Below, piece by piece: positions 9,428 to 19,280 of a DNA stretch of 64,000 bases. The DNA is taken from positions 1,632,001-1,696,000 of the forward strand of contig OZ220691.1 in assembly GCA_965116475.1 (NCBI GenBank), in the 5' to 3' direction. Position 1 is the first letter of the stretch. Every line of letters starts with the position of its first letter. Below the pieces are notes generated by a model. The model searched no databases. It had not been told where the DNA came from and was given only the letters and a program-made list of their open reading frames with translations. Source of the DNA: Gemmatimonadota bacterium (GTDB taxonomy: Bacteria > Gemmatimonadota > Gemmatimonadetes > Palauibacterales > Palauibacteraceae). The translations under genes were made by a program, and so were the position numbers.

Positions 9428-9832
9428 ATGGCCTCGAGCGATCAGCGCCTCACGCCCATGCTCGTCGTCCGCGACGTAGCGGCGAGTTCAGCCTGGTACG
9501 TCGAACTCTTCGGCCTGGTGAGCGGCCGGGGCGGCCATCACTTCGAGCGGCTCCTCGCGCCGGACGGCAGCATCGAACTCATGCTGCACCATCGCGAGTT
9601 CAAGGCCCACCCGGGGATGACGGATCCGGAGGAGGGGACGCCCGGCCGCGGCGTCCTGCTCTACTTCTACACGGAGGACGCGCAGGCCGTGTTCGAGCGC
9701 GCCCGCGCCATGGGGGCCGACTGCCTCGACGAGCCGCACCTGAACCCCAACGCCCGCTCGATCGAGTTCACCCTCCGCGACCCCGACGGCTACCCCATCT
9801 CCGTTTCCCAGCCCCTCCCGCGAGACGACTAG
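9428..9832 (+). CDS. VOC/glyoxalase family protein
   Basis: 'PMLVVRDVAASSAWY..LFG' and 'EFTLRDPDGY'. Confidence 0.85.
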   Translation: MASSDQRLTPMLVVRDVAASSAWYVELFGLVSGRGGHHFERLLAPDGSIELMLHHREFKAHPGMTDPEEGTPGRGVLLYFYTEDAQAVFERARAMGADCLDEPHLNPNARSIEFTLRDPDGYPISVSQPLPRDD

Positions 9833-9880
9833 CTGCAGGCTCGCGAGCTTTCGTGGCCCGATTCTCACGTCTCGAGATAA

Positions 9881-9915
9881 TGGTACTTGACATGGTACCA
9901 GTATCGGGCGATGCT
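9881..9915 (+). promoter_or_regulatory. hicAB promoter and operator
   Basis: TTGACA (9887-9892), 17 nt, GATGCT (9910-9915). Palindrome TGGTACCA at 9893-9900 and a TGGTAC half-site at 9881-9886. No SD before ATG 9924. Confidence 0.6.
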
Positions 9916-9923
9916 CGGTATCC

Positions 9924-10178
9924 ATGCGAACCAAGCACCGGAAGACCCTGGAGCGCGTCCACCGGAAGCCGACGCCCTCGGATATCCGGTGGGACGAAGT
10001 CCGGGCGATGCTACAGGCTTGCGGCGTTCAGGTTGTGGAACGGTCGGGGTCGCGCGTTGGGCTCAGAAAGAACGACGAGAGGATTGTGATCCATCGACCC
10101 CATCCCCGGCCCGTCGTGGGCCGGGAGACCGTCCGAGACATCGCGGCCTTCTTGAGAGCGGCGGGGGTGGAACCATGA
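9924..10178 (+). CDS. hicA: Type II TA HicA-family toxin
   Basis: 84 aa basic protein with 'IRWDEV..ML...G', 'GSRV' and 'HRPHP'. Confidence 0.88.
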   Translation: MRTKHRKTLERVHRKPTPSDIRWDEVRAMLQACGVQVVERSGSRVGLRKNDERIVIHRPHPRPVVGRETVRDIAAFLRAAGVEP

Positions 10179-10528
10179 TGGAATACAGGGGATACCTGGC
10201 GGCGGTGGAGTTCGACGACTCAACGAACGTCCTCCACGGGCGGGTGATCAACAGCGGTCCGTATCCGATTGCGACGTTCGAGGCGACGGACACGACACAG
10301 CTACGCGATGAGTTTCACCGCTCCATCGACGAATATCTTGCGTGGTGCGAGGAAGACGGCGTCGAACCGAAGCGCCCCTTCTCCGGCAAGCTGAACGTGC
10401 GACTCGGATCGGAACTTCACGCCGCCGTTGCGGCAGCGGCGGCCGAGCGAGGGATGAGCATCAACTCCTGGATCGTCGGTGCGGTGCGCGAGAGAACCAA
10501 CGCCCCCTATCGGACCACCCACGACTAG
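10175..10528 (+). CDS. hicB: Type II TA HicB-family antitoxin
   Basis: 'MMEYRGY.A.VEFD', 'SIDEYLAWCEE.G.EP.RPFSGKLNVR...ELH', RHH-like C-terminus; ATGA overlap with hicA. Confidence 0.9.
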   Translation: MMEYRGYLAAVEFDDSTNVLHGRVINSGPYPIATFEATDTTQLRDEFHRSIDEYLAWCEEDGVEPKRPFSGKLNVRLGSELHAAVAAAAAERGMSINSWIVGAVRERTNAPYRTTHD

Positions 10529-10544
10529 TTCGAGGGTCGGTCGG

Positions 10545-12584
10545 TCAGCAGCTGAGGCAGTTGTGGTTGTTCTTCGCGCCCATGCTTTCGAGGAGGGCGA
10601 TCGTCTCGAAGAACGGCTGCACGCGCTGGATCGGGCCGTTCGCCATGTCGACCGTCGTCTGGCCGCTGCGGGCCACGATGAGCGGGTCGGCGCCCTTGCC
10701 GACGAGGTACTCGATCAGCTCGTTGTCGCCGCGCGCCGCGGCGTAGTGCAGCGCGCCGAACCCATCCGAGTCGCGACCGTTGACGTCCGCGCCCAACTCT
10801 TCGACGAGGTACCTGGCGGTGGCCATCCACTCATCGGGCCGGTGCCGGTGCTGGTTGCCGGTGCGTGAGCGCCCGTAGCCGTAGCCCGCGGCCGCGACGA
10901 GCGGCGGGATGCCCGGACCTCCGACTTCGACGGGCGGCAGTCCGCTCGGATCCTCTTCCTCTTCCCCATCGTCGGCGGGCCGGCGGCGGCGACGCTCAGG
11001 CACCTTCCGGGTCGGCATGTGGGGATCGGCACCGGCCGCCACGAGCATCTCCATGGCCGGGATGTCGAGCGCCTTCGCGGCGCGCCAGAAGGGCGTCGCG
11101 CCGCTGAAGTTCACGCCCAGCAGGTCGAAGTTGTAGGCAGAGTACCAGATGTGCGTGTTCACGCGCGCGTTCGGATCCGCCCCGGCCGCGAGGAGCATCT
11201 CCATCAGCTCCATGTAGTCGAGTTCCTGCTGGCGGAACGCGGTGGGCTGCGGGTACAGCGCCTTGGGGGCCCAGCGGTTGGCGATCGTCGCGTAGAGCGG
11301 CGCCACGCCATCTTCGCTGGCCAGGTTCGGGTCCGCGCCCTGCTCGAGCAGCCAGGCCGCGAGGTCGTAGTGCCCGTTCACGGTGGCGACGACGAGCGGC
11401 GTGCTCTCGTCTCCCTCGGTGCGTCCGTCGATATCGGCACCCGCCGCGACCAGAGCTTTGACCGTTTCGAAGTGGCCTTCGCGAACCGCGTAGTGGAGCG
11501 CGGTCATGCCGCCCTGCTTGCCGACGATGTCGCTGTAGCTCAGCGGCCGCGGCGCGGGATTCGCCGGCTCCTCTTCCACCGGCTCCTCGGCTTCGGCTTC
11601 TTCTGCCTCCTCGGCTTCTTCTGTCTCCTCGGCCTCTTCTGCCTCCTCGGCTTCTTCCGCCGCCTCGGGGGCCGCTGCGGCCTCGGGGGGATCTTCGCCC
11701 TGACCCGGCGGCGGGGGCTCGTCCGCCGGCGTCTCCTCGGGCGCGGCGGCGGCGGGTTCCTGGCCGGGGGTCGTGCCGGCGCCCTGCGTCGCGACGGCCG
11801 TGCCGGCCTGGTCCCGGTTCGCTCGATCCGCCGCCTCGCGCCGCGTCGGCTCCTGGCCGGACGGCGTGTCCGTGCGCGTGATCCCGACCTCCACGGTTTC
11901 GCCACGCGCTTCCGCTTCGGCCTTCCGAATCGCCGTGAGAACTTCCCGCCGCCGCCCCCGGGCCTCGCTGTCCGTGCGCGCCTTCTCGACGAAGTCCACC
12001 ACGCTCGATACGATCGAGACATCGGCTCCGGCGGCGATCAGTGCCCGCACCGCCTCCAGGCGTCCGGCCGCGGCCGCGAAGATGAGCGGCGTCTGTCCGT
12101 TCGCCCCCTCCGGCGCGTCGATCTCGGCGCCGGCTTCGAGGAGGCTCGTGAGGGTCGGCACATCTCCGCCCGCGGCGGCCAGGTGGAGCGCGGTGGCGCC
12201 GGTCGACGTCGTCGCGTTCGCGTCGCTTCCGGCTTCGAGCAGGAGGGCGACCGGCTCGGCCCGGCCGTCCCGGCTCGCGAGGTGGAGCGGCGTGTAGGCT
12301 CCCAGGCGCGTGGTCGACGCGACGTTGGCGCCGGCGTAGACGAGCACCGACACCATCTCCGCATCGCCCCTGAGGGCCGCCCAGTGCAGCGCGGTCATGC
12401 CGTCGCCCTGGGCCGCGTTTACATCGGCCCCGTCCCGGAGGAGCGTACGGACCGCCTCGAGGTCTCCTTGCGCCGCCGCCTCGGCGACAGGCGCGTCCGC
12501 CGCCACGGCAGCCCACAGCGTGGTCGCGCAGAGTGCGACGAGAACCCCCGCCCGAAGCCCGGCCTTACCGATTCTCTTCAACAT
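10545..12584 (-). CDS. Exported ankyrin-repeat protein with acidic low-complexity linker
   Basis: Signal peptide; repeated 'GMTALHWAA', 'YTPLHLAS', 'GQTPLIFAA', 'GADVN'; ends NNHNCLSC. Confidence 0.9.
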   Translation of the reverse strand: MLKRIGKAGLRAGVLVALCATTLWAAVAADAPVAEAAAQGDLEAVRTLLRDGADVNAAQGDGMTALHWAALRGDAEMVSVLVYAGANVASTTRLGAYTPLHLASRDGRAEPVALLLEAGSDANATTSTGATALHLAAAGGDVPTLTSLLEAGAEIDAPEGANGQTPLIFAAAAGRLEAVRALIAAGADVSIVSSVVDFVEKARTDSEARGRRREVLTAIRKAEAEARGETVEVGITRTDTPSGQEPTRREAADRANRDQAGTAVATQGAGTTPGQEPAAAAPEETPADEPPPPGQGEDPPEAAAAPEAAEEAEEAEEAEETEEAEEAEEAEAEEPVEEEPANPAPRPLSYSDIVGKQGGMTALHYAVREGHFETVKALVAAGADIDGRTEGDESTPLVVATVNGHYDLAAWLLEQGADPNLASEDGVAPLYATIANRWAPKALYPQPTAFRQQELDYMELMEMLLAAGADPNARVNTHIWYSAYNFDLLGVNFSGATPFWRAAKALDIPAMEMLVAAGADPHMPTRKVPERRRRRPADDGEEEEDPSGLPPVEVGGPGIPPLVAAAGYGYGRSRTGNQHRHRPDEWMATARYLVEELGADVNGRDSDGFGALHYAAARGDNELIEYLVGKGADPLIVARSGQTTVDMANGPIQRVQPFFETIALLESMGAKNNHNCLSC
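11571..11660. repeat. Degenerate tandem repeat encoding (EEA)n within the ankyrin gene
   Basis: Recurring ttcttctgcctcctcggc-like units; translation EEAEEAEEAEETEEAEEAEEAE. Confidence 0.75.
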
Positions 12585-12621
12585 CGATCTTGCCTCCGAC
12601 CCTCCGGCCGATGCGGCGATT

Positions 12622-14022
12622 TCAGTCCTGGGCGACCGCCGAGAACGAGAAGCCGCCGGTGCTGTCGCCGAAACTCTCCATGTCCTCCAGGCCGAGCTTG
12701 TGCATCAGACTCAGCATCACGTTGGCCATCGGCGTCCCGTCCGGCGCCTTGATGTGCATGTTGCCTTCGAGTTCGCCGCCGGCCTTCCCGACCACGAACA
12801 GCGGGCAACGCTTGTGGTTGTGCAGGTTCGAGTCGCCCATCGGCGAGCCGTACAGGATCATGGTCTTGTCGAGCAGGTTCCCGTCCGGTTCCTCGATGCT
12901 GGCCAGCTTCTCGAGCAGGTACGGCACCATGCTCACGTGGTAGCGGTTGATCTTCTCGTAGTCCGTCACGCGATCCTCGCGGCCGCCATGGTGCGAGGCC
13001 GGATGGAAGCCGGCGTCCACGCCACTGCCCGGATACACGCGGCCCGACCCGTCCCGGCCCAGCTTGAACGAGAACACGCGCGTCAGATCCGACTGGAACG
13101 CCAGCGCCTGCAGGTCGAACATCAGGTGGACGTGCTCGGCGAAGTCATCCGGCACGCCCGGCGGGGCCTCGGGAATCTCGCGCGTCTCACCGCTCGTGTT
13201 GTGCGCCTCGATGCGCTCGATGCGGCGCTCGATCTCGCGGATGTTGTCGAGATACTGATCCAGCCGCCGCTGGTCCGTGGCCCCGAGATCACGTTTCAGA
13301 CCCGCGACCTCGCCCATGATCCAGTCGAGGATGCTGCGGTCGGTGCGCCGGCGCCGGGCCCGGTCCTCCGAAGTCCCACCGGCCCCGAACAACTGGTCGA
13401 ACGCGGCCCGCGGATCGCGGATCATCGGCAGCGGCTCCGTCGGAGACGCCCAGCTGATCGTGTCGGTGTATACGCACGCGTAGCCGTACGCACACCCGCC
13501 GGCCTGGTCCACGTTCTCGATGCAGAGCTGCATGGACGGGATCGGCGTATCCTGCCCGAAGCGCTGCGCGTAGTACTGGTCCATCGAGGTGCCGACGAAC
13601 ACGTCGGAGCCCTCCGTCTGCTTCGCGTGCGCCTGCGTGAGGAAGGTGGCGCTGGAACGGAAGTGGTCGCCGCCGATCTCCTTCGCCGTCTTCGCCTCCG
13701 CGTTCTCGACGTCCGTGTTCGAGATGATCGTCAGGTAGTCGCGCCACGGCTCGAGCGGGCTCAGGCTGCTCGGTGTGAGGTCGAAATCGCGCCCCACCTT
13801 CTCGGGCGACCACATGAACTGCGACGCCCCCCATTCGTTGCAGCCGGCGGCGCCGTGCACCATCTCGATGCCCACGAACCGCTTCACGTCCGTGAGCGCC
13901 TTCGTGGAGGCCCACAGCCGGCCGGCCGGCAGCATCGCGTCCAGGAACGGCAGCGCCACCGTCGCCCCCAGGCCCCTCAGGGCCATGCGGCGGGAGATGT
14001 GCTTACCCGTGATGAGTTCCAT
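12622..14022 (-). CDS. DUF1552 family protein (Tat-like signal)
   Basis: 'ISRRMALRGLGATVALPFLDAM', 'SMDQ', 'PRAAFDQLFG', 'YLDNIREIERRI', 'YGSPMGDSNLHNH'; follows a DUF1592 gene. Confidence 0.88.
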   Translation of the reverse strand: MELITGKHISRRMALRGLGATVALPFLDAMLPAGRLWASTKALTDVKRFVGIEMVHGAAGCNEWGASQFMWSPEKVGRDFDLTPSSLSPLEPWRDYLTIISNTDVENAEAKTAKEIGGDHFRSSATFLTQAHAKQTEGSDVFVGTSMDQYYAQRFGQDTPIPSMQLCIENVDQAGGCAYGYACVYTDTISWASPTEPLPMIRDPRAAFDQLFGAGGTSEDRARRRRTDRSILDWIMGEVAGLKRDLGATDQRRLDQYLDNIREIERRIERIEAHNTSGETREIPEAPPGVPDDFAEHVHLMFDLQALAFQSDLTRVFSFKLGRDGSGRVYPGSGVDAGFHPASHHGGREDRVTDYEKINRYHVSMVPYLLEKLASIEEPDGNLLDKTMILYGSPMGDSNLHNHKRCPLFVVGKAGGELEGNMHIKAPDGTPMANVMLSLMHKLGLEDMESFGDSTGGFSFSAVAQD

Positions 14023-14059
14023 GCTCACTCCTCCTGATCTTTTTCGCGGGGCGGCTCCC

Positions 14060-16489
14060 TCAGTGCCCGCCTGCGTCGATATCTTCGTCGGCTACCATCT
14101 CGACGGCGCTCATCTGGAAGGGCGCGCTCTTCACGACCTCCATGATGAACGATGTCATCCGATAATCATCGGCCTCCGCCACGCGTGCGATCTCACGCAC
14201 CGTGGGCATGTCGTAGTACTCGATCCGCCGGCCCAGGGCGTAGGCCATGAGATTCTCGATGAACGTCCGCACGAGCGAGTCCTCGCGGTCGAGCAGCGCA
14301 GCCCTCAGATCCGCGGCGCTCACGATCGGGGTCCCGTCGTAGAGTTCGCCCGTCGTGTCCACGGTCCGGCCCTGGTCCTTGATCCGCCACGCGCCGGTGA
14401 CGTCGAAGTTCTCCAGCGCGAGGCCGATCGGGTCGATTACGCGGTGACACGACCGGCAGGCGGGATTCGAACGGTGCATCTCGAGCCGCTCGCGCACAGT
14501 GAGGAAGCGTCCCTCTCGCGCCTCGTCCGTCACTTCGAGATCGGGCACGTCCGGCGGAGGCGGCGGGGGCGGAGTCCCGAGCAGGACCTCCATCACCCAC
14601 TTGCCGCGCAGGACCGGCGAGGTGCGATCCGCGTGCGAGGTCAGCGTGAGGATGCTCCCGTGCCCCAGCAGTCCGCGGCGCGCTTCGTCCGGGATCCCGA
14701 CGCGGTGGAACTCCTCCCCGGTCACACCCGGAATCCCGTAGTGCTGGGCGAGGCGTTCGTTCACGAACGTGTAGTCCGCTGTGAGCAGTTCGAAGAAAGA
14801 CGCATCCGAACGCACGAGATGCTCGAAGAAAAGTTGCGTCTCCTGCAGCATCGCCTCGACGAGCCGATGATCCCAATACGGGTAGAGCAGCGCGTCCGGG
14901 TGAATCTTCTCCAGGTCCTGCAGGCGGAACCACTGGTAGGCGAAGCGCGTCGCCATCGCCTCCGACCGCGGGTCGGCGAGCATGCGTCGCGCCTGGGCCT
15001 CCAGCACCGCCGGATCCGAGAGGCGGCCCGCGTCGGCCAGCGCCACGAGTTCGTCGTCCGGGTGCGTGCCCCACAGGAAGTAGGAGAGCCGCGTGGCGAG
15101 GTCGATGTCGCTCAGACGGTAGATGTCCCCGGGCGCCACGTCCGCCGGCATTTCCTCGAGCCGGAAGACGAAGTGTGGGCTCGCGAGCACCGCCTGGAGC
15201 GCGGTGCGAATGCCGACCTCGAACCCGCCCTCCTCGACGCCGAGATCGAAGAACACCATCAGGTCCTCGACGTCTTCGGCCTCGAGCGGCCGGCGGTAGG
15301 CCTGGGCCGCCAGCGACCTGATGATCTGCCGCGCGCACGGCCGCTCCTCGTCGGGCGCCGTTGGCCGGCAGGAGAAGATCCGCTTGCGGCTCGGCGTCTC
15401 CGAGATGCCGGTGACCGCGAATGGCCCGGTGACGAGGAAGTCGCGCAGGTGCGGAAGCGTCGTCACGCCGTAGGCGCTGCCGATGTTCGAGTCGGCGAGC
15501 TTGTAGTCGATCGGCTTAATGAGGTCGTTATCCGGACCCTCGGCGTTGAGGAGGAAGGCCGCCGTGACCCGCTGCGGACCCGCCCGCACGTGGATCGGCT
15601 CGGTCTCGATCACCATCCCCTGCGGATCGGACTCCGACATGAACGGGTCGATCTCGAGCAGCGCCACGCGCGCGCCGTCGATCGAGACCTCGATCTTCTC
15701 ATCCGGCGCCGTCATCCCGTACAGGAACCCCGTCGGCCCCGGGTGCATGTCCATCTTGAACACGTACTCCCCGTCGGCCGGGAAGACGTGGATGACGGAG
15801 ATCCCGCCCCGCGTTCCGAAGGGCGCGCCCTCGGCACGGACCGCCTGCGATGCCGTCTTCGGCACCTTGTAGGTGACCTGGCGCGGGCCCGCATCCGGGT
15901 CGCCGATCGCCATGCGGCTGATCTCGCTCGCCGCCCGCAGATAGCCCTCCATCAGCGTCGCGGACATCATCTGGACGTCGGCGATGTTGTCGAAGTTGTC
16001 GCTGATCGTCTCGGTCGGGAGGAAGGCCTCCATGTCGACGTCGAGGTGGAGCAGGTCCTGGATCGCGCGCCGGTATTCCGCGCGGTTGAGGCGCTGGAAG
16101 GTGCGCGTCCCCGGGTTCGGGTCCGCGTGCGCGGCCGCGTCCATGCGCATCTCGAGTTCCTCGACCACGGCGGTGAGCGTGGCTTCGTCGGGACGCCGGA
16201 CGCCGGGCGGCGGCATCATGCCGGCGCGGAGCCTCCGGATCATCTGCTCGGCGGCCTCGGGATCGGCCTGCGGCTCGGTGGCGTCGAACTCGAGGAAGGA
16301 GCGGTTGCCCGCCCTGCGCGAGTCGTTGTGGCAGCGGGTGCACACCGTCTGGATGACCGAGTTCGCCAGCGTGTCCGGCGCGGGGGCAACCGCGAGGGCG
16401 TGGGGAGCCCCCCCGAGCGGCGCATCCTCGCCCGTGACGACGAGATACAGCGCTGCCGTTCCCAGAGCCGCGATGGCGAACTTCTTCAT
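14060..16489 (-). CDS. DUF1592/DUF1587/DUF1595/DUF1588/DUF1585 protein with two heme c motifs
   Basis: CTRCH and CRSCH; 'RLNRAEY', 'LASPHF.FR', 'RLSYFLW..PD.EL', 'TSPVLRGKW', 'YALGR'. Confidence 0.9.
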   Translation of the reverse strand: MKKFAIAALGTAALYLVVTGEDAPLGGAPHALAVAPAPDTLANSVIQTVCTRCHNDSRRAGNRSFLEFDATEPQADPEAAEQMIRRLRAGMMPPPGVRRPDEATLTAVVEELEMRMDAAAHADPNPGTRTFQRLNRAEYRRAIQDLLHLDVDMEAFLPTETISDNFDNIADVQMMSATLMEGYLRAASEISRMAIGDPDAGPRQVTYKVPKTASQAVRAEGAPFGTRGGISVIHVFPADGEYVFKMDMHPGPTGFLYGMTAPDEKIEVSIDGARVALLEIDPFMSESDPQGMVIETEPIHVRAGPQRVTAAFLLNAEGPDNDLIKPIDYKLADSNIGSAYGVTTLPHLRDFLVTGPFAVTGISETPSRKRIFSCRPTAPDEERPCARQIIRSLAAQAYRRPLEAEDVEDLMVFFDLGVEEGGFEVGIRTALQAVLASPHFVFRLEEMPADVAPGDIYRLSDIDLATRLSYFLWGTHPDDELVALADAGRLSDPAVLEAQARRMLADPRSEAMATRFAYQWFRLQDLEKIHPDALLYPYWDHRLVEAMLQETQLFFEHLVRSDASFFELLTADYTFVNERLAQHYGIPGVTGEEFHRVGIPDEARRGLLGHGSILTLTSHADRTSPVLRGKWVMEVLLGTPPPPPPPDVPDLEVTDEAREGRFLTVRERLEMHRSNPACRSCHRVIDPIGLALENFDVTGAWRIKDQGRTVDTTGELYDGTPIVSAADLRAALLDREDSLVRTFIENLMAYALGRRIEYYDMPTVREIARVAEADDYRMTSFIMEVVKSAPFQMSAVEMVADEDIDAGGH

Positions 16490-16635
16490 GTGTTACCTCA
16501 CCGGCTGTCGCCCGAATCCTGCTGGGCAAACACCGCGACCCGGCGCGGCGTTTGGACGCACGATCCCCTCCCCGCATCCAGCCTGTGCAAGATAGGGATT
16601 ATCGACGTTCCGACGCCAGTCGAACCGGGCCGGGG

Positions 16636-17721
16636 CTATTCCGGGAAGCCGCGGGACTCCAGGTAGTCGCGGCCGGCCGACATCAGGGCGACGAACGCGT
16701 CCTCATCTCCCGCTTCCACCGCGTCGCGGACCCTTTCCGCCGCCGCCACGAGTTCCTCCAGCGCGACGTCTCCGTACTCGTTCAGCGACTGAATCTCGAA
16801 GTACATGTGCGGGTTCTCGCCGGCGAGTTGGCGCGCCACGTCCAACTGGGCTTCGAACGTGGTGCTCGACACATCGGCCAGGCGCGGCGTCGTTTCGCCC
16901 GATCGGGCCAGCGCCGTGAAGAAGGCGATGTTGAGGGCGTGCGACAGGCCCAGCACGAATCCCATCACCCGGTCGTGGCTCTCCAGGTCCATGCGCACGC
17001 GCGTCGCCATGGTCGAGGCGAAGAGCGCCTCCGCCCCCTCCGTGGCGCCGGGACAGCCCACGTCCACGAAGACGATGTGTTCCCCGGAAAGGAGTTCGGT
17101 GTCGGGGCCGAACATGGGGTGGACGGAGGTGACGCGGGCCCCGGCCTCCGCCAGCGCCGTCAGGCCGGAGCGCAGCGGACTCTTCAGCGAACCTATGTCG
17201 AACACGAGCCCCGGCGGTCCGATCTCGGCGAGCCGTTCGAGGATCTCGTTGGCGATGACCATGGGCGTCGCGACCACGATCAGATCGTGGTCCAGTGCCG
17301 TCGCGGTCCAGTCCGCGTAATCGCCCCCGTCGGGGTCGGCGTTCTCCACCTCGAACCCCTGGGAGGAGAGGAAGCGGACGAACCACTCGCCCATCTTCCC
17401 GGAGCCGCCGATGACCAGGGCCCGCTTCCCGCCTCCGCTCGCGGCCGCCGCCACGCTGCCCCGCTCCTGCACGGCGAGCGACGAACGGATCAGCGAAAGG
17501 ACGAGTTCCTCGGCCAGCCGCGGCGGAAGCCCGAGATCGCGCGCGGTGGCGCGGGCCCGTTCGATGACGACCTTCTCCTGCCGGTAGTCGCGCGGGGCTG
17601 TCTGCGAGGCGCGCTTCCGCTCCCCGATCTTCGCGGAGACCGCCTGCCGCCGGGCCACGAGTTCGAGCAGCTCGCGGTCGATGCGCGCGAGTTCGTCTCT
17701 GAGTCGATCGAGGTTCGGCAC
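16636..17721 (-). CDS. tyrA: Bifunctional chorismate mutase / prephenate dehydrogenase
   Basis: N-terminal AroQ '[18 protein letters not shown]'; 'IGGSGKMG', 'DIGSLK', 'HPMFGP', 'HD'. Confidence 0.88.
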   Translation of the reverse strand: MPNLDRLRDELARIDRELLELVARRQAVSAKIGERKRASQTAPRDYRQEKVVIERARATARDLGLPPRLAEELVLSLIRSSLAVQERGSVAAAASGGGKRALVIGGSGKMGEWFVRFLSSQGFEVENADPDGGDYADWTATALDHDLIVVATPMVIANEILERLAEIGPPGLVFDIGSLKSPLRSGLTALAEAGARVTSVHPMFGPDTELLSGEHIVFVDVGCPGATEGAEALFASTMATRVRMDLESHDRVMGFVLGLSHALNIAFFTALARSGETTPRLADVSSTTFEAQLDVARQLAGENPHMYFEIQSLNEYGDVALEELVAAAERVRDAVEAGDEDAFVALMSAGRDYLESRGFPE

Positions 17722-17742
17722 GTCTCGCTCCGGAATTCCGCT

Positions 17743-19116
17743 CTAGCCTGCGATTACGCGGATCGTCTGCCGCAGCGCGATCCAGCTCACGTACGCCAGC
17801 AGAGGTGGCGCCACATAGCGAATCAGGAAGCGCGCCGCCGGGATCAGGCGCGCGAACCGGGGCGACGCCCCGATCCGAAGTTCCTCCTCCGGGTGCTTCA
17901 TCACCCAGCCCACGAGCACCGCGATGGCGAGTACGCCCAGCACGGTGAGGAGTTCCGCGGCGACCTGGTCCATGATGCCCAGCGCGCCGAGGGAAAGCGC
18001 CGGCGCGACCCCGATCGCGGCGATGAGGAGGCCCGAAGCGAGCGTCGCCCGGCGGCGCGTCCAGCCCCATTCGTCGATGAGGATCGAAGCCGCCACCTCC
18101 AGCAGGGAGACGGCCGACGTGATCGCCGCCACGATCACCGCGGTGAAGAACAGCGTACCGACGATCCGGCCCATCGCCTCCATCTGCGCGAACGCGCTCG
18201 GGAGCGAGATGAAGAGGACGCCCAGCGTGCTCTCCCCCACGTCCTCCGACAGCCCGAGCCCGAACACGATCGGGAACACGACGAGCCCGGCCACGAAGGC
18301 GACGGAGAAATCCGAGAGCGCGATGACGGCGCTTTCGCGGCCGAGGTTCGTCCTCCTTGAGAGATAGGAGGAATAGGTGACCATGATCCCCATCCCCACG
18401 CTCAGCGAATAGAAGGCGTGGGCGGCCGCGCCCTGCAGGACGACGGGATCCAGCAGTTCGCCCAGCGACGGGGAGAGGTAGAAGCGGTATCCCTCAGCGG
18501 CGCCCGGCAGCGTCGCGGCCCAGATCGCGAGGCCGAGGAGGAGGAGGAAGAGGAGCGGCATGAGCAGCATGCTCGCCCGCTCGATCCCCTTGCGGACGCC
18601 GAACGCCACGATGCCGACCGTCGCGCCGATCGACACCAGGTGGAAGACGACCGCCGAGCCTCCGGACGCGACCGACGCGTAGCGCCCCGCGGCGTCGGCG
18701 TGGAATCCGGTGGTGAGCCCGTCGAGCGCGTAGCGGAGGGCCCAGCCCGTGATGACCGACAGGTAGGCCATGATCACGGTCGAGGTCACGAGGAAGAGGA
18801 GCCCCGCCGCCGCCCAGCGCCTGCCGCCGACCGCGCGCAGGGCGCCGATCGCGGACCGGCGCGCGCGCCGACCCACGGCGAACTCCGCCAGCATCATCGG
18901 CACGCCGATGAGGAACGCCATGCACACGTAGGCGACGAGGAAGGCCGCGCCGCCGCCCTCGGCCGTCTGGTAGGGGAAGCGCCACATGTTCCCCAACCCG
19001 ACCGCGGACCCCACCGCGGCGAGTACGAAACCGACCCGGCTGCCGAAGCGTTCGCGGGCGGATGGGGGAGTGTCGCGTGCCTGGTTCAAGTGGCGGATCC
19101 TCGACCGGATGTCCAT
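17743..19116 (-). CDS. Sodium-dependent transporter, NSS/SNF family
   Basis: 'GSAVGLGNMWRFPY..AEGGGAAF', 'FYSLSVG', 'AAITSAVSLLE'. Confidence 0.92.
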   Translation of the reverse strand: MDIRSRIRHLNQARDTPPSARERFGSRVGFVLAAVGSAVGLGNMWRFPYQTAEGGGAAFLVAYVCMAFLIGVPMMLAEFAVGRRARRSAIGALRAVGGRRWAAAGLLFLVTSTVIMAYLSVITGWALRYALDGLTTGFHADAAGRYASVASGGSAVVFHLVSIGATVGIVAFGVRKGIERASMLLMPLLFLLLLGLAIWAATLPGAAEGYRFYLSPSLGELLDPVVLQGAAAHAFYSLSVGMGIMVTYSSYLSRRTNLGRESAVIALSDFSVAFVAGLVVFPIVFGLGLSEDVGESTLGVLFISLPSAFAQMEAMGRIVGTLFFTAVIVAAITSAVSLLEVAASILIDEWGWTRRRATLASGLLIAAIGVAPALSLGALGIMDQVAAELLTVLGVLAIAVLVGWVMKHPEEELRIGASPRFARLIPAARFLIRYVAPPLLAYVSWIALRQTIRVIAG

Positions 19117-19280
19117 GCGGGCGGGCGCGTGTGAGTGTCGCCGACGGACGCCGCCCGCCGCAAGGTCGCGGAGGGCCAGCCGTTGCGCGTTCGGGTTCCG
19201 CCGGGGGATTATCGACGACGCCCCGGCGGCCCCCGACCCGGACCCGGCCGCCACCCACCCAGCCGAGAGAGACGGCGCCC

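Noticed and set aside
13775..16666. 963-aa plus-strand ORF
   Set aside because: Antisense shadow of the DUF1592 gene; R/G/H-rich with no motifs, expected in high-GC DNA.
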